63,069 nt of DNA, from NCBI GenBank assembly GCA_045577675.1, contig JAZNIV010000001.1, forward strand, positions 1 to 63,069. The letters are read 5' to 3'. The notes under the pieces were generated by a model. It ran no database searches and had not been told where the DNA came from. It worked only from the letters and a program-made list of their open reading frames with translations. This document shows, piece by piece, positions 31,212 to 41,451 of the stretch. Both the position numbers and the translations under genes were made by a program. The stretch is from Clostridia bacterium (lineage in GTDB: Bacteria > Bacillota > Clostridia > UBA1381). Positions within the stretch are counted from its first letter, which is position 1. Every line of letters starts with the position of its first letter.

Positions 31212-31270
31212 TTATAATAAATGTAGCAAACAAACATAAAAATACCAAAAACAAACATGGAGGTAATATT

Positions 31271-32119
31271 ATGCTGCTCTCCGCCATAAATCCTTTTATA
31301 CGTTTTGCGCAGCCGATAACCATTGAATGTATAGACAGCCACACAATTTCATATGATTCGCGGCTGTTTTACGTTCTCAGCGGCACGTGTACACTATCTA
31401 TTTCGGATAAGGATTACCAGTTAAAACCCGGCACACTTTTACTTTGGAAAAGCGCTACACCATACAAATTTTCTATCAACAGTAATATCAGCTTAATTTC
31501 CGTTAATTTTGACTATACACAAGAAAATATGCAAAAGAAAGATAGCCTTTCGCCTGTACTTCAGGAGAATTTTGAAGAGAAAAAGCTGCTGGAGAAAATA
31601 TATTTTTCTGATTTTAATATTTTGAACACGCCGATAATATTACAAAATATGCAGCATTTTGAAACAAAAATAAACTTAATTGTAAATGAATTTTCAATGA
31701 AGAAGCTGGGCTATGACGTTGTTTGCTCTGCGGTCCTAAAGGAGCTTATAGTTGAATCCGCACGTATTGCGCTTATTAATATTCCCGAAAATTCATGGAA
31801 AATTGAGAAAGCTGTACAATACATAGAACAGCACTATAACCACGAGATATCAAATGCAGAATTAGCTGCCTTTGTCGGCTACCACCCATACCATCTGAAC
31901 AGGCTTATGAAAAGCACAACCGGCATGACGCTGCACCAGTATATGCTAAACGTCAGAATTGAAAAGGCAAAGAGCGCCCTGCTTAATACCAATATGTCCA
32001 TTGCGGAAATTGCAGAATTGTGCGGATTTAAAAATTCGTATCACTTTTCCAATACCTTTAAAAGCAAAACACACTTTACGCCGTCGTCCTGGCGTAATAC
32101 AAGAAAAAGTATTTTATAA
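31271..32119 (+). CDS. AraC-family transcriptional regulator (cupin sensor plus C-terminal HTH)
   Basis: 282-aa ORF with a GGAGG RBS 8 nt upstream. C-terminal AraC HTH (ISNAELAAFVGYHPYHLNRLMK..IAEIAELCGFKNSYHFSNTFK). Confidence 0.9.
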   Translation: MLLSAINPFIRFAQPITIECIDSHTISYDSRLFYVLSGTCTLSISDKDYQLKPGTLLLWKSATPYKFSINSNISLISVNFDYTQENMQKKDSLSPVLQENFEEKKLLEKIYFSDFNILNTPIILQNMQHFETKINLIVNEFSMKKLGYDVVCSAVLKELIVESARIALINIPENSWKIEKAVQYIEQHYNHEISNAELAAFVGYHPYHLNRLMKSTTGMTLHQYMLNVRIEKAKSALLNTNMSIAEIAELCGFKNSYHFSNTFKSKTHFTPSSWRNTRKSIL

Positions 32120-32196
32120 TCAACTCCAGAGTTCTGAAAATCCCCATGCCAGCAGATATTTTTATGCTAATCCTTCATCAAAAATATAAATGCGCA

Positions 32197-32237
32197 GTAA
32201 CCCCGGTTGCCAAAATAGCTGACAACACAGGGGTTAC
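32197..32237. terminator. Possible bidirectional terminator between convergent genes
   Basis: GTAACCCC / GGGGTTAC 8-bp stem with a ~25-nt loop, between the AraC stop and the kinase stop. Confidence 0.35.
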
Positions 32238-32246
32238 CTAACAATT

Positions 32247-33992
32247 TCAGTACTTTTTTATATTCTTGCCGATTTTAAATCTTACCACCGTCCCCTGTCC
32301 AATCTCCGAACGAAATTCAAAATCATAATCACATCCATAGTATATTGAAAGCCGCCTATCAATATTATAAAGACCATATCCGCCATTAGAGCTGTTGCTT
32401 TTAGGAAATTTTGAATCTCCATCCCATTTGATTCCGACCCCATTATCTGATATTTCAAATATAATGCTCTCATCCTCCTCATAGCCTTTTATAACAATTA
32501 ATCCTTTGTAATCTATATTGTCAAAGCCGTGCTTTATGGAATTTTCCACAATCGGCTGGAGAACAACCTTTACCATATCATAGTCCACAATATTATTATC
32601 TATCTCATATCTAACATCAAACAAATCCGGAAATCTTTCCTTTTCAATTTGCAAATAGCATTTTAAATGTTCAAGTTCTTCATAAACCTTTACTATATTC
32701 TTTCCATTATGAAGTCCCAATCGCAAGAATTTTGCAAGATTAATAATCATATCATCAATTTCATATTCATCATTCTCCTTTGCTTTCCAGCTTATCGCAT
32801 CAAGAGTATTGTACAGAAAATGAGGATTAATTTGAGATTGCAGAAGGTTTATTTCCGTCACCCTCTGTTTTTCATTTTTAATATTAATTTCTTTTATCAG
32901 CTCATAAATCTTTGTACACATTATATTAAACTTCTCGTAGAGAAGACTAACTTCATTTTCATTCTTTATTTCATTTATGTCTTCTTCAAATTTTTTTTCA
33001 AAATTAATTTTTTCCATACGATCTGCAAGTATGACAATATCCCTTGATAAGCACCGCGACAACAACCCTGCCATCATAATTGCCAAAAGTATAATCACAA
33101 CCATTCCTGCAATAATCCCCAAAATTATACTATTCATCGTTTTAAAAAGCCACGCATCACAAATAATTCCTGTTATTTTAAAGTCATTTGTTATCAACGA
33201 TATATCTGTACTATAGTTGACAATTTTATAATCATTTTTTTTCCCTGTTTTGTATCCGATAAATTCTTCCGGCAAATACAACTTCTTTCCAATAATATTC
33301 TTCCCGTCAATATTATTTCCAAAGCAATTAATGATTATATCGTCAATCGAAATAAAAAAATAATTCTGTGATACATTCTGATTTGAAGCTGACAATCCAT
33401 CTCCAAAACTCGAACTGTTGACATAGAAAATAGCTTCGCCATATTTTATCCCTGTAGAATAATTATATATTGTTCTACCCAACGCACAATAATATTTTCC
33501 ATCATAAGTAATCACACTATCGGCTAAAAGCATCTGATATGATGAAAATTTTGCAAGATATTCATCATTTATTTGCATTTTAATATTCTCATCCCCAAAA
33601 TGATATTTACTCCCATCGTATGCAATAAAGTCCATAGCCAAAACAACGCTGTCTTTTGTTATTATTTTATTAAACATGTCGGACAGTTCACTATGCTTTT
33701 GTTCATATGGCATATCCTGTATGGAAATGGAATATATATCGTCTTCTGACTGCATAATTTGTGAAATTGAATAAATTCTGTTAAGCACAAGAGAAATATT
33801 ATCGCTTATACCATCAAAAATTGTTTCAGTATACTCCTGGCATTCATCTTCTATTGTCATTTTAGTATACAAATATAATGCAACAGTCCCCATAACTATA
33901 GCAATTGATGAACAAAACACGATCAACACCATGAAAGCGTGTCTAATATGTATTTTTGAAAAAATAGCTTTTATATGTGTTATATATTTCAT
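32247..33992 (-). CDS. Sensor histidine kinase, YesM/LytS type
   Basis: 581-aa ORF with two TM segments flanking a ~250-aa extracytoplasmic domain. QSQINPHFLYNTLDAI (His_kinase) and a C-terminal HATPase (DNGVGI..GGYGLYNI). Confidence 0.9.
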   Translation of the reverse strand: MKYITHIKAIFSKIHIRHAFMVLIVFCSSIAIVMGTVALYLYTKMTIEDECQEYTETIFDGISDNISLVLNRIYSISQIMQSEDDIYSISIQDMPYEQKHSELSDMFNKIITKDSVVLAMDFIAYDGSKYHFGDENIKMQINDEYLAKFSSYQMLLADSVITYDGKYYCALGRTIYNYSTGIKYGEAIFYVNSSSFGDGLSASNQNVSQNYFFISIDDIIINCFGNNIDGKNIIGKKLYLPEEFIGYKTGKKNDYKIVNYSTDISLITNDFKITGIICDAWLFKTMNSIILGIIAGMVVIILLAIMMAGLLSRCLSRDIVILADRMEKINFEKKFEEDINEIKNENEVSLLYEKFNIMCTKIYELIKEINIKNEKQRVTEINLLQSQINPHFLYNTLDAISWKAKENDEYEIDDMIINLAKFLRLGLHNGKNIVKVYEELEHLKCYLQIEKERFPDLFDVRYEIDNNIVDYDMVKVVLQPIVENSIKHGFDNIDYKGLIVIKGYEEDESIIFEISDNGVGIKWDGDSKFPKSNSSNGGYGLYNIDRRLSIYYGCDYDFEFRSEIGQGTVVRFKIGKNIKKY

Positions 33993-33994
33993 AT

Positions 33995-34882
33995 TTATTT
34001 ATCAATCTTTATTATAAATTCATTCATATCAATGCATAATTGTGATAATAACCTGTCTATATATTTTAAATACTTGTTGATAACATAAATTGAGACAACA
34101 AACAAAAATGCATCAGCAAGCATTATAATCAAAAAAAATTTCAATGCTTTAATATATATATTAATTCGCGAAAAACAAACATTAATTGTTATTTCATCAC
34201 TAAATGGATAAGAATATTTAATATAATAAAATCCATGTTTTTCCTTCGGCATTTTTACTATATTATCTATTGTCTTTACTTTATTACCAACAAGAATATT
34301 ATGTTGATTTTTGTCATTCATATAGATATATGCATTCTCATTCTGCTTATTATAAAAGTTATCCATTGATATCTCGAGCAATAACATACTGCAAATTTTT
34401 CCTTCGCTGTCTAGAATGGGCATACTTAATATTGCACAATTATAAATATCGTCAAATAAGTGCCATTTTGACAGGCTGCCATTATCTCTTTTCTCTCCCG
34501 ACTCAATATATTTTCGATATATATTATCTGAATTTGGTTCATACATATATGCATAGTTCTCTTCTTTAATAATATAATCAACAATGCTTGCATCTACTGA
34601 CATTATATTCTGCATTTGTGCACCTACGCTGAGCGTTCTATTACTAATCGCATCACCCAAACTGCCATTACCGCAATATATCGCCACATTTTCTTCTATC
34701 ATCTTAAGGTGCGAAGAAATATACATTGATACCTGTGTGCCCTCATCCTCTTGCTTGTTCCGAAAATCTTTGTCAGTAATATACAAATACATACTCAATA
34801 CTGTTATAATATGAATTATCAATATAAACAACACCGTTACAGTCAGTGTCCTTCTAAAATGTAAATATAATTTATTAAACAC
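33995..34882 (-). CDS. Membrane protein resembling the sensor half of a YesM-type kinase; no kinase domain
   Basis: 295-aa ORF. TM1 LTVTVLFILIIHIITVLSMYLYI, a ~200-aa extracytoplasmic region, TM2 FFLIIMLADAFLFVVSIYVI and a short tail. Lies between the response-regulator and kinase genes. Confidence 0.6.
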   Translation of the reverse strand: MFNKLYLHFRRTLTVTVLFILIIHIITVLSMYLYITDKDFRNKQEDEGTQVSMYISSHLKMIEENVAIYCGNGSLGDAISNRTLSVGAQMQNIMSVDASIVDYIIKEENYAYMYEPNSDNIYRKYIESGEKRDNGSLSKWHLFDDIYNCAILSMPILDSEGKICSMLLLEISMDNFYNKQNENAYIYMNDKNQHNILVGNKVKTIDNIVKMPKEKHGFYYIKYSYPFSDEITINVCFSRINIYIKALKFFLIIMLADAFLFVVSIYVINKYLKYIDRLLSQLCIDMNEFIIKIDK

Positions 34883-34887
34883 TCACT

Positions 34888-36432
34888 TTATCCCCCATAT
34901 TCAGAAGGTGTACATCCTGTTATTTTTTTAAACACTTTAGAGAAATATTTTGGATCTTGATAGCCTACCATAGAGCTTATCTCCTGAATTTGATATCTTT
35001 TGCTCTTTATAAGGTCAATCGCCATGTTTACTCTGTAATTTGTAATATATCCATTTATCGTTTGTCCGGTTTCTTTTTTAAATATACGCATTAAATACGC
35101 GCAGTCCAAATGCAAATAATCAGCAATCTGTTCCACGCTTATAGATAGCGCATAATGCCGCATGATATATATTTGCGCTTCACATACATGTTTTGAATAT
35201 TTACCGGAGAATTGCGCTTCAGAATGAGAAAAAATACATTCCACAGTTTTTATCAAATAATCGCGCATTTGCGATAACATCTCCAATTTGTTTACTTCTG
35301 CAATAGGACGAGGAATTTTTCCAAAAATCCAGACCGCCTGTGCATCATCCTTTGTTGCCAGATGTATAATCTGCAAAGCAAGCTCGGAAACAAAATCCTT
35401 TAAGCTGTCAATTTCCACATATTCAAATTTTTGTATAGTTTCAAAATGTTCATTGATAATCCGATTTACCTTTTCTCTTTCAAGGTTGCGAATTCCGTTT
35501 AATACTTCCGTAATTTTTTCAGAACTCATAAAGACACCTGCACTCGTTGCTTTTTCTGTTACCTCGCCCTTTTTTCCGCTATAATAAATAACACTTCCAT
35601 AACCCTTTATTGCTTTTTGAGACACCGCAAAAAGCGATTGCATCCATGCCTCGTTTATTTTGCATAAATCTTCAAACAACCGGCTGATTCCCATAACAAT
35701 CTGTACATCAAGCTCATTGACTATGTTGTTTTTTATCTGATTAATTATTTGACATATATTGGTCTGAGTTCTGGTATTTTGACAAAATATTAAAACTGCA
35801 ATACTTTTCTTTTGTATTCTGCAAAAGAAGACATTATATTGATATGATAATCGTTTCATTAATTCATGACTTGTTCGCTCATAAATATCATACTCTTCAT
35901 CAAACTTATTAATTTTTATCTGCATTGTTATAACAAAATAAGGCTCATTACTTAGCGAAATATCATATTTATTACATAACGCATCAATAACATTTTGATC
36001 TACGTTCTCCATATTCAATATTTCATACAAAAACTGCTGAAAAATAAGCATATTGTTTTTATAAATTTGGATCTTTACCTTTTCCAACACTTTCTCGAGT
36101 TCAGCCATATTTATGGGCTTTAAAAGATACGAAAACGCTCCATTGTCCATGGCTTTTTTTATATATTCAAAATTCGGATATCCTGTTAAAATAATTATTT
36201 GTATATTAGGATTAATGGATTTTATTTCAATCAAAAATGATAAGCCGTCTTTTACTTTCATAGATATGTCAGTTATGACAACATCAGGATTAAAAATCTT
36301 AGATTTCTCTAATGCCTCCTGACCATTTCTTGCCCTTGCAACAACACAAAATCCTCTGTCTTCCCATGGAAAAAGCCTTTCAAGACCATTTAAAACAGCT
36401 ATTTCATCATCTACCAGCATTATTTTCAGCAT
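34888..36432 (-). CDS. Response regulator with an AraC-type HTH output (YesN-like)
   Basis: 514-aa ORF. Receiver domain (MLVDDE..DVVITDISM) and C-terminal AraC HTH (VEQIADYLHLDCAYLMRIFK..YQDPKYFSKVFKK). Confidence 0.9.
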   Translation of the reverse strand: MLKIMLVDDEIAVLNGLERLFPWEDRGFCVVARARNGQEALEKSKIFNPDVVITDISMKVKDGLSFLIEIKSINPNIQIIILTGYPNFEYIKKAMDNGAFSYLLKPINMAELEKVLEKVKIQIYKNNMLIFQQFLYEILNMENVDQNVIDALCNKYDISLSNEPYFVITMQIKINKFDEEYDIYERTSHELMKRLSYQYNVFFCRIQKKSIAVLIFCQNTRTQTNICQIINQIKNNIVNELDVQIVMGISRLFEDLCKINEAWMQSLFAVSQKAIKGYGSVIYYSGKKGEVTEKATSAGVFMSSEKITEVLNGIRNLEREKVNRIINEHFETIQKFEYVEIDSLKDFVSELALQIIHLATKDDAQAVWIFGKIPRPIAEVNKLEMLSQMRDYLIKTVECIFSHSEAQFSGKYSKHVCEAQIYIMRHYALSISVEQIADYLHLDCAYLMRIFKKETGQTINGYITNYRVNMAIDLIKSKRYQIQEISSMVGYQDPKYFSKVFKKITGCTPSEYGG

Positions 36433-36781
36433 AATCCCCTCTCCTATATTCCACTAACAATATATAACCAAGCCTAGTTAAACATTTGCTTATTATATGA
36501 ATAATACACATCTATAATACTGCCTTTTCTCATAAGCAATTTTATAAAATATAATATGATTCATAAAACTGCCGGTAAATACTGCCAAGACCATATAGTG
36601 CTACCCTCATTTATATTGGTAGTGTATCATAGATTAAAATTACTGTCAAGGTATTCCAAAAGTTTACAAATATAGCACAAATTTCACTATAAAATATTTA
36701 TAAGTGTTAAGAGACATTTTAATATTTAATCGAAATATTTGAAATGCGTTTAGTATTTACCTTGATTGTGATATAATTTAA

Positions 36782-36853
36782 ATGACTCATTTTGAGAATC
36801 TTCAGTCCTGTTTTCGCAACTAACAGTATACTAGAGAATTCTCAATGAGTCAT
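36782..36853. repeat. Long imperfect inverted repeat (16 bp with a 2-nt bulge, ~38-nt loop)
   Basis: ATGACTCATTttGAGAAT (36782-36799) pairs with ATTCTCAATGAGTCAT (36838-36853). Preceded by an extended -10 element TGATATAAT (36769-36777). Confidence 0.6.
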
Positions 36854-36931
36854 CTATTTGGGACATTTATTTTATAACTTATTCTTTATAACCTGTAATA
36901 AAATTTCTAAATTCTTCGTATCAGGGCAAAA

Positions 36932-37126
36932 TCAAGAAAATAAAGTACATCCTATTTCTTTATATTGCTGTATTTTTTTTATCATTGCGGTTTCCGGTAC
37001 TTGAAAATATGTTGACATACAGGAAAGACACATATATTTCTGTGCACCTCTATTAACAAGTTTTTTAAACAAAGCGATTTCATCTTTTGTAAGTGCTCTG
37101 TCGCATTTCATGCAATTATACATCAA
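36932..37126 (-). CDS. Small zinc-ribbon-like protein
   Basis: 64-aa ORF with CMKC..(25 aa)..CLSC. Overlaps the end of the GH27 gene; the start is probably the ATG at 37123. Confidence 0.55.
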   Translation of the reverse strand: MMYNCMKCDRALTKDEIALFKKLVNRGAQKYMCLSCMSTYFQVPETAMIKKIQQYKEIGCTLFS

Positions 37127-38243
37127 TCAATTTCCCTCTCAAAATATGGCAAGTATGTTCTTTGGTTTCAGCAGAATAAAAATCTCTTATTACCCCTAAT
37201 TTTTCTCCTGTAACTACATCATGCATATCAAGTCCCTTGCCTGAAGTATATGGTATTCCCAAATCAACAAACGGAATAGTTAAATGGGTTTTGGAGTCAC
37301 TGTAATTATAAAACGCAAGAACATATTCATTATCAGAAAGAATCTTGAACAAGATTCTGTTTCCCCCTGGAGCTTCAATCATTATCGGAGGTCTGCACTC
37401 CGCATCTTGATTAATTGAAATCAGTTCTTTATTCTGCATCAATTCTTTACAATACCCGTCAATTTTTCTTATATCTCCCCCCATAATAAGAGGTGCGCTA
37501 TATAGACACCATAATGAGAACTGCATAAGATATTCTTCATCGGTACATACACACTCTTCCATACCTACAAGCCCTTTTCCGTACATACCGACAGTAAGCA
37601 TGTCTATGTCATTGTAGCAACCCGGACCGGACATTGAAAAATTATTCTCCTGCTTTAAAATAATATCTTTGAATGAATTAAAATTATCAAATATATCACC
37701 TGTCGAACGATATGTATGTGCTCCTATTGAACGCATCCAGTTCCATGATTCATAATGTCCCCAATTACAAGCAGCCAATAATATTTCTCTTCCGCACGAA
37801 CGCAATGCCATGCTCATTGTAAGATATGCGTTTTTGCTGTTTCCGCATGCGGGGAAATTACAGAAATCATATTTCAAGTAATCGATTTCCCATTGCGCAA
37901 ATGTCATTGCATCCTCATATTCATGACCATAGCTTGACGGAAATCTCGCGCAGGTCAAAATTCCGGCACACGAATACATTCCGAATTTAAGTCCCTTTGA
38001 ATGAATATAATCCGCAATGTATTTCATTCCATGAGGAAATTTTTCCGGATCGGGTACAAGATGCCCATCCTTATCTCTTTGTCTTAATGCCCAACAGTCG
38101 TCAATGATTACATACTCATATCCCAACTCCTTATAGCCTTTTTCAACTATAGCATCGGCCGTTTCCATAATCAGTTTTTCGTTAATATCTTTTCCAAAGG
38201 TATTCCAAGAATTCCATCCCATAGGCGGTCTGTTTGCTAACAT
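37116..38243 (-). CDS. Alpha-galactosidase, glycoside hydrolase family 27
   Basis: 375-aa ORF. PPMGWNSWNTF, YEYVIIDDCW and IDYLKYDFC are GH27 hallmarks. Confidence 0.9.
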   Translation of the reverse strand: MLANRPPMGWNSWNTFGKDINEKLIMETADAIVEKGYKELGYEYVIIDDCWALRQRDKDGHLVPDPEKFPHGMKYIADYIHSKGLKFGMYSCAGILTCARFPSSYGHEYEDAMTFAQWEIDYLKYDFCNFPACGNSKNAYLTMSMALRSCGREILLAACNWGHYESWNWMRSIGAHTYRSTGDIFDNFNSFKDIILKQENNFSMSGPGCYNDIDMLTVGMYGKGLVGMEECVCTDEEYLMQFSLWCLYSAPLIMGGDIRKIDGYCKELMQNKELISINQDAECRPPIMIEAPGGNRILFKILSDNEYVLAFYNYSDSKTHLTIPFVDLGIPYTSGKGLDMHDVVTGEKLGVIRDFYSAETKEHTCHILRGKLIDV

Positions 38244-38462
38244 AATTTTCCTCCTTTATCGGTTTTACACAAAATTAGAATAGTTTACACCGATATTTAT
38301 TTTTTTTATATACAACTGCATTATATATCTCATCATAATGAATGTAAACGTAATTTTATTACTTTTTGGTGTAATAATATTGCCTTTTAAACAAAATATA
38401 TTTATATAATAAACATTGTGATCTAAAAGTCAAATATTTTATTACATATATACTAATGGAAA

Positions 38463-40679
38463 TTAATATATATCGCTTAAGAATCTGTCAACCACCAACT
38501 GTCTAAACTGTGGCGAGAGACTCGCAAAATATGCGGTAAAACCTGTTACACGGACCACCAAATCCGGGTATAAATCAGGATTTTCGTTTGCCGCCATAAG
38601 CTTCTCTCCGTCTAACACATTTATATTTATCAGTGTTCCGCCCTGTTTAAAGTGTCCTTCAATCAGCGACATTACGGCATTTATTCCAGCATCATCGCAT
38701 TTCACATGCGGATCGTATTCTATCTGCAGAGGCGCAGTATTTCCATATCCGCACTGCACTCCTGCAATACCGTTTGACTGTGCCGTCGGCGCTCCGTCCT
38801 GCCTGAAATGAGGATTCGGATTTGCACCGTGGGATATAGGCTCCCCATCCTTTCTGCCGTTCGGTGTCGGGCCTACAGCTTTACCATATTCTATTGTTCT
38901 CGCCCAGCTAAACCAACCCGGTATTAACTGCCTTCCTTCAGGCATTTTCTGTTGCTTAACCGTCTGCGACCATGTTTTTGTAAGTCTTACTGCCCACCTG
39001 TCGGCATCTGTTCCGCCATGACAATACTTTGGTGTGGAATTTAATATAAGACGGGTTCTTTCATCAGAAAAATTTTTGTCAAGCGCCTCATACATTTCGT
39101 CCCACGAAAGTACTTTCTCCTCCTCAACTCTGAGTTTCAACGCCGCAAATGAATCCGCAACAACCGCAAGACCAGCTCCGTCTACACCGATGGTATAAAG
39201 CTGTGCACATTGGGATATATCTTCGCCCTTTTCTATAGAGTTATTCATCATCAGATTCATTACAAGCTCAGGTGTGACCTCCCATTGATGATCAAGATGA
39301 AGATTTATCCCACAAGCTGTAACATCAACCGCCCGTTTCAAATGCTTTACAAATAATTCATACAATCTTTCGGTTGAACATTTCTCTTCGTTTCTCATTT
39401 CCTTAAGAGCAACCTCAAAAACCTTTGCTATATTTATCTTGACGGTATCATTCATAGGAAATTCCTTGCCCGGAACACACATCCAGTTGCAGCCTACAGC
39501 TATTCTTTCCCTTGCTGTTTTTTTGTCTATGCCGTTACGCATATACCCCTCTGCAAGTGCTTTATCATTACAAAATCTTGGCCATGCGTTTTTGTTTTTA
39601 ATAAGATAATATACTGCTTGGCGCAAAAATTTCTTATCACAGTTTTCATGTACTCTAACTGTCAGATTACATGATATATTTATACTGTCCGCCGCTTCCA
39701 GAATCAGATATGAGAGATGATTTGTCATATCATTGTCATTTTCATCTACGCCGGAAAGCTGATAGTAGTGCGGATCTATAAGAAGCAGATTTGCAATCAG
39801 AAATTTTGCTGTTTCGTCATCTAAAATTCCTGATTTCACATCATGTTCGTAATAAGGATACAGCAGAACATCCATTTGAAAACCCGCACCGTCACGAGTA
39901 TAAATCCTTGAAGCACAGTTAAAATATGCCGTCCATTGACAAACCTCATGGAAAGTTTTTGGTGCGCCAAACTTAATATTTTCGTTTACATCAAGCATTT
40001 TTTGAAGTGATTTTTTTATTTCCGGACGCTTTTCGTCCTTTAGCAGTCTTTTAATTTCATCAATATGTCTTTGAATAAAATCAATTATGGCAAGAACAAC
40101 CTTTTCCTCAGCGTCATAAAAATCCTTTTTATCGGGATTTATCTGCCTGTATTTTCTTATTTTTTCAAGAAATCCTCCAAATCCGAGTTCAAATCCTATT
40201 CTGTAATCGCAGGCAAAATGTGCATCACTATCAATCCCCGTCTGTATATTATATTTCTCCTGATCAGGCTTCAGCTCATCATACGGGAAACGCTGCTCAT
40301 CCCAGCGTTTGCTCCACTGTGCAGTTGAGGTGTTCATAAGCTCTGCAATTTTAGGATTCTTCTTAAGCCAATCAGGCATATAATGTAAATCTCCCCTGTA
40401 GTTTACAAGCATATCACGCCATCTTCCGCATAACATTTCCATAGAATCAACATATGCCGGATGAGCATTTATAACTCTTACAAAATTTTCACTCATACCG
40501 TCATATCCGTAAAAGCTGCCGTTTGAGCTGTTATACCATGGCTCTACTTCATAATCCTCCGGTATAGGCACTGTTCCGAAGTCATCAAGATCAGTATATC
40601 CGTTTTGTTTGCGTTTTTCCAGTGTATGACGGATTTTTGTCTTCCTCATCAGCCTCAGTCTGTCAGCGTATGAAAGCAT
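38463..40679 (-). CDS. Glycyl radical enzyme (PFL-like fold), divergent and short, substrate unknown
   Basis: 738-aa ORF. C-terminal glycyl motif VVRVTGFTAYFASLSPQF (Gly713, 38541-38543). Thiyl loop AVGCNWMCVPGKE (Cys397, 39489-39491). Confidence 0.85.
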   Translation of the reverse strand: MLSYADRLRLMRKTKIRHTLEKRKQNGYTDLDDFGTVPIPEDYEVEPWYNSSNGSFYGYDGMSENFVRVINAHPAYVDSMEMLCGRWRDMLVNYRGDLHYMPDWLKKNPKIAELMNTSTAQWSKRWDEQRFPYDELKPDQEKYNIQTGIDSDAHFACDYRIGFELGFGGFLEKIRKYRQINPDKKDFYDAEEKVVLAIIDFIQRHIDEIKRLLKDEKRPEIKKSLQKMLDVNENIKFGAPKTFHEVCQWTAYFNCASRIYTRDGAGFQMDVLLYPYYEHDVKSGILDDETAKFLIANLLLIDPHYYQLSGVDENDNDMTNHLSYLILEAADSINISCNLTVRVHENCDKKFLRQAVYYLIKNKNAWPRFCNDKALAEGYMRNGIDKKTARERIAVGCNWMCVPGKEFPMNDTVKINIAKVFEVALKEMRNEEKCSTERLYELFVKHLKRAVDVTACGINLHLDHQWEVTPELVMNLMMNNSIEKGEDISQCAQLYTIGVDGAGLAVVADSFAALKLRVEEEKVLSWDEMYEALDKNFSDERTRLILNSTPKYCHGGTDADRWAVRLTKTWSQTVKQQKMPEGRQLIPGWFSWARTIEYGKAVGPTPNGRKDGEPISHGANPNPHFRQDGAPTAQSNGIAGVQCGYGNTAPLQIEYDPHVKCDDAGINAVMSLIEGHFKQGGTLININVLDGEKLMAANENPDLYPDLVVRVTGFTAYFASLSPQFRQLVVDRFLSDIY

Positions 40680-41451
40680 ATTTTTTCAGTTCCTCCATAT
40701 ATCCCTTTGACGGAATTTCAAATTTATTGATTGTCCTTCCCAATGCAGCGCGTTTCTGCTCACCCAGCGGGTGATACGGCAAAAGCTCATATCGGACAAC
40801 ATTGTCCAATTTCTTGACAAAAGCAGATATTTCCTCAATACCCTGCTCAATCCTGGGAATAACCGGCGTTCTTATAATAACAGGTATACCCAACATACTA
40901 ACCTTTACTATGTTTTTCTTTATTTGCTCATTGCTGGCGCCGGTATATTGTCGATGTATTCTATCATCCCATATTTTCAAATCAGCCATTATGAAATCGA
41001 GATTGTTAAAAATCCCTTCATTATAGTATATCAGCGAGGTTTCTATGGCACAGCCAATGCCGTTTTCCCTGCATTTTAAAATAATTTCTTTGAGAAAATC
41101 CGCCTGCGCCAACGGTTCACCTCCTGAAAAGGTCACGCCGCCTTTACTCCCGTAATAATCTTTATCCTGCATAATCTCACTAAGTAATTCGTTCGCGTCG
41201 TATTCCTTTCCGCAAGTTACTCTTGCGCCGGAATAACAGCCTTTATCACACATATTACAGCCAATACACTTCTCTGGATAATACATAATTTCTTTTTCAA
41301 ATGATATACACTCCGGATTATGACACCATTTGCAGTTCAGCGGACAGCCTTTAAAAAATACCGTGGTTCTTACTCCGTATCCATCGTCAACCGATGACCT
41401 CTGAATATCGGCTATGAGTGCTTTACTCATAAATATATTCCTCTTTACCAC
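40663..41451 (-). CDS. Glycyl-radical-enzyme activating enzyme (radical SAM)
   Basis: 262-aa ORF. CPLNCKWCHNPE plus a ferredoxin-like insert CIGCNMCDKGC. Overlaps the GRE start by 17 nt. The likely real start is MSKAL at 41430. Confidence 0.9.
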   Translation of the reverse strand: MVKRNIFMSKALIADIQRSSVDDGYGVRTTVFFKGCPLNCKWCHNPECISFEKEIMYYPEKCIGCNMCDKGCYSGARVTCGKEYDANELLSEIMQDKDYYGSKGGVTFSGGEPLAQADFLKEIILKCRENGIGCAIETSLIYYNEGIFNNLDFIMADLKIWDDRIHRQYTGASNEQIKKNIVKVSMLGIPVIIRTPVIPRIEQGIEEISAFVKKLDNVVRYELLPYHPLGEQKRAALGRTINKFEIPSKGYMEELKKYAFIR

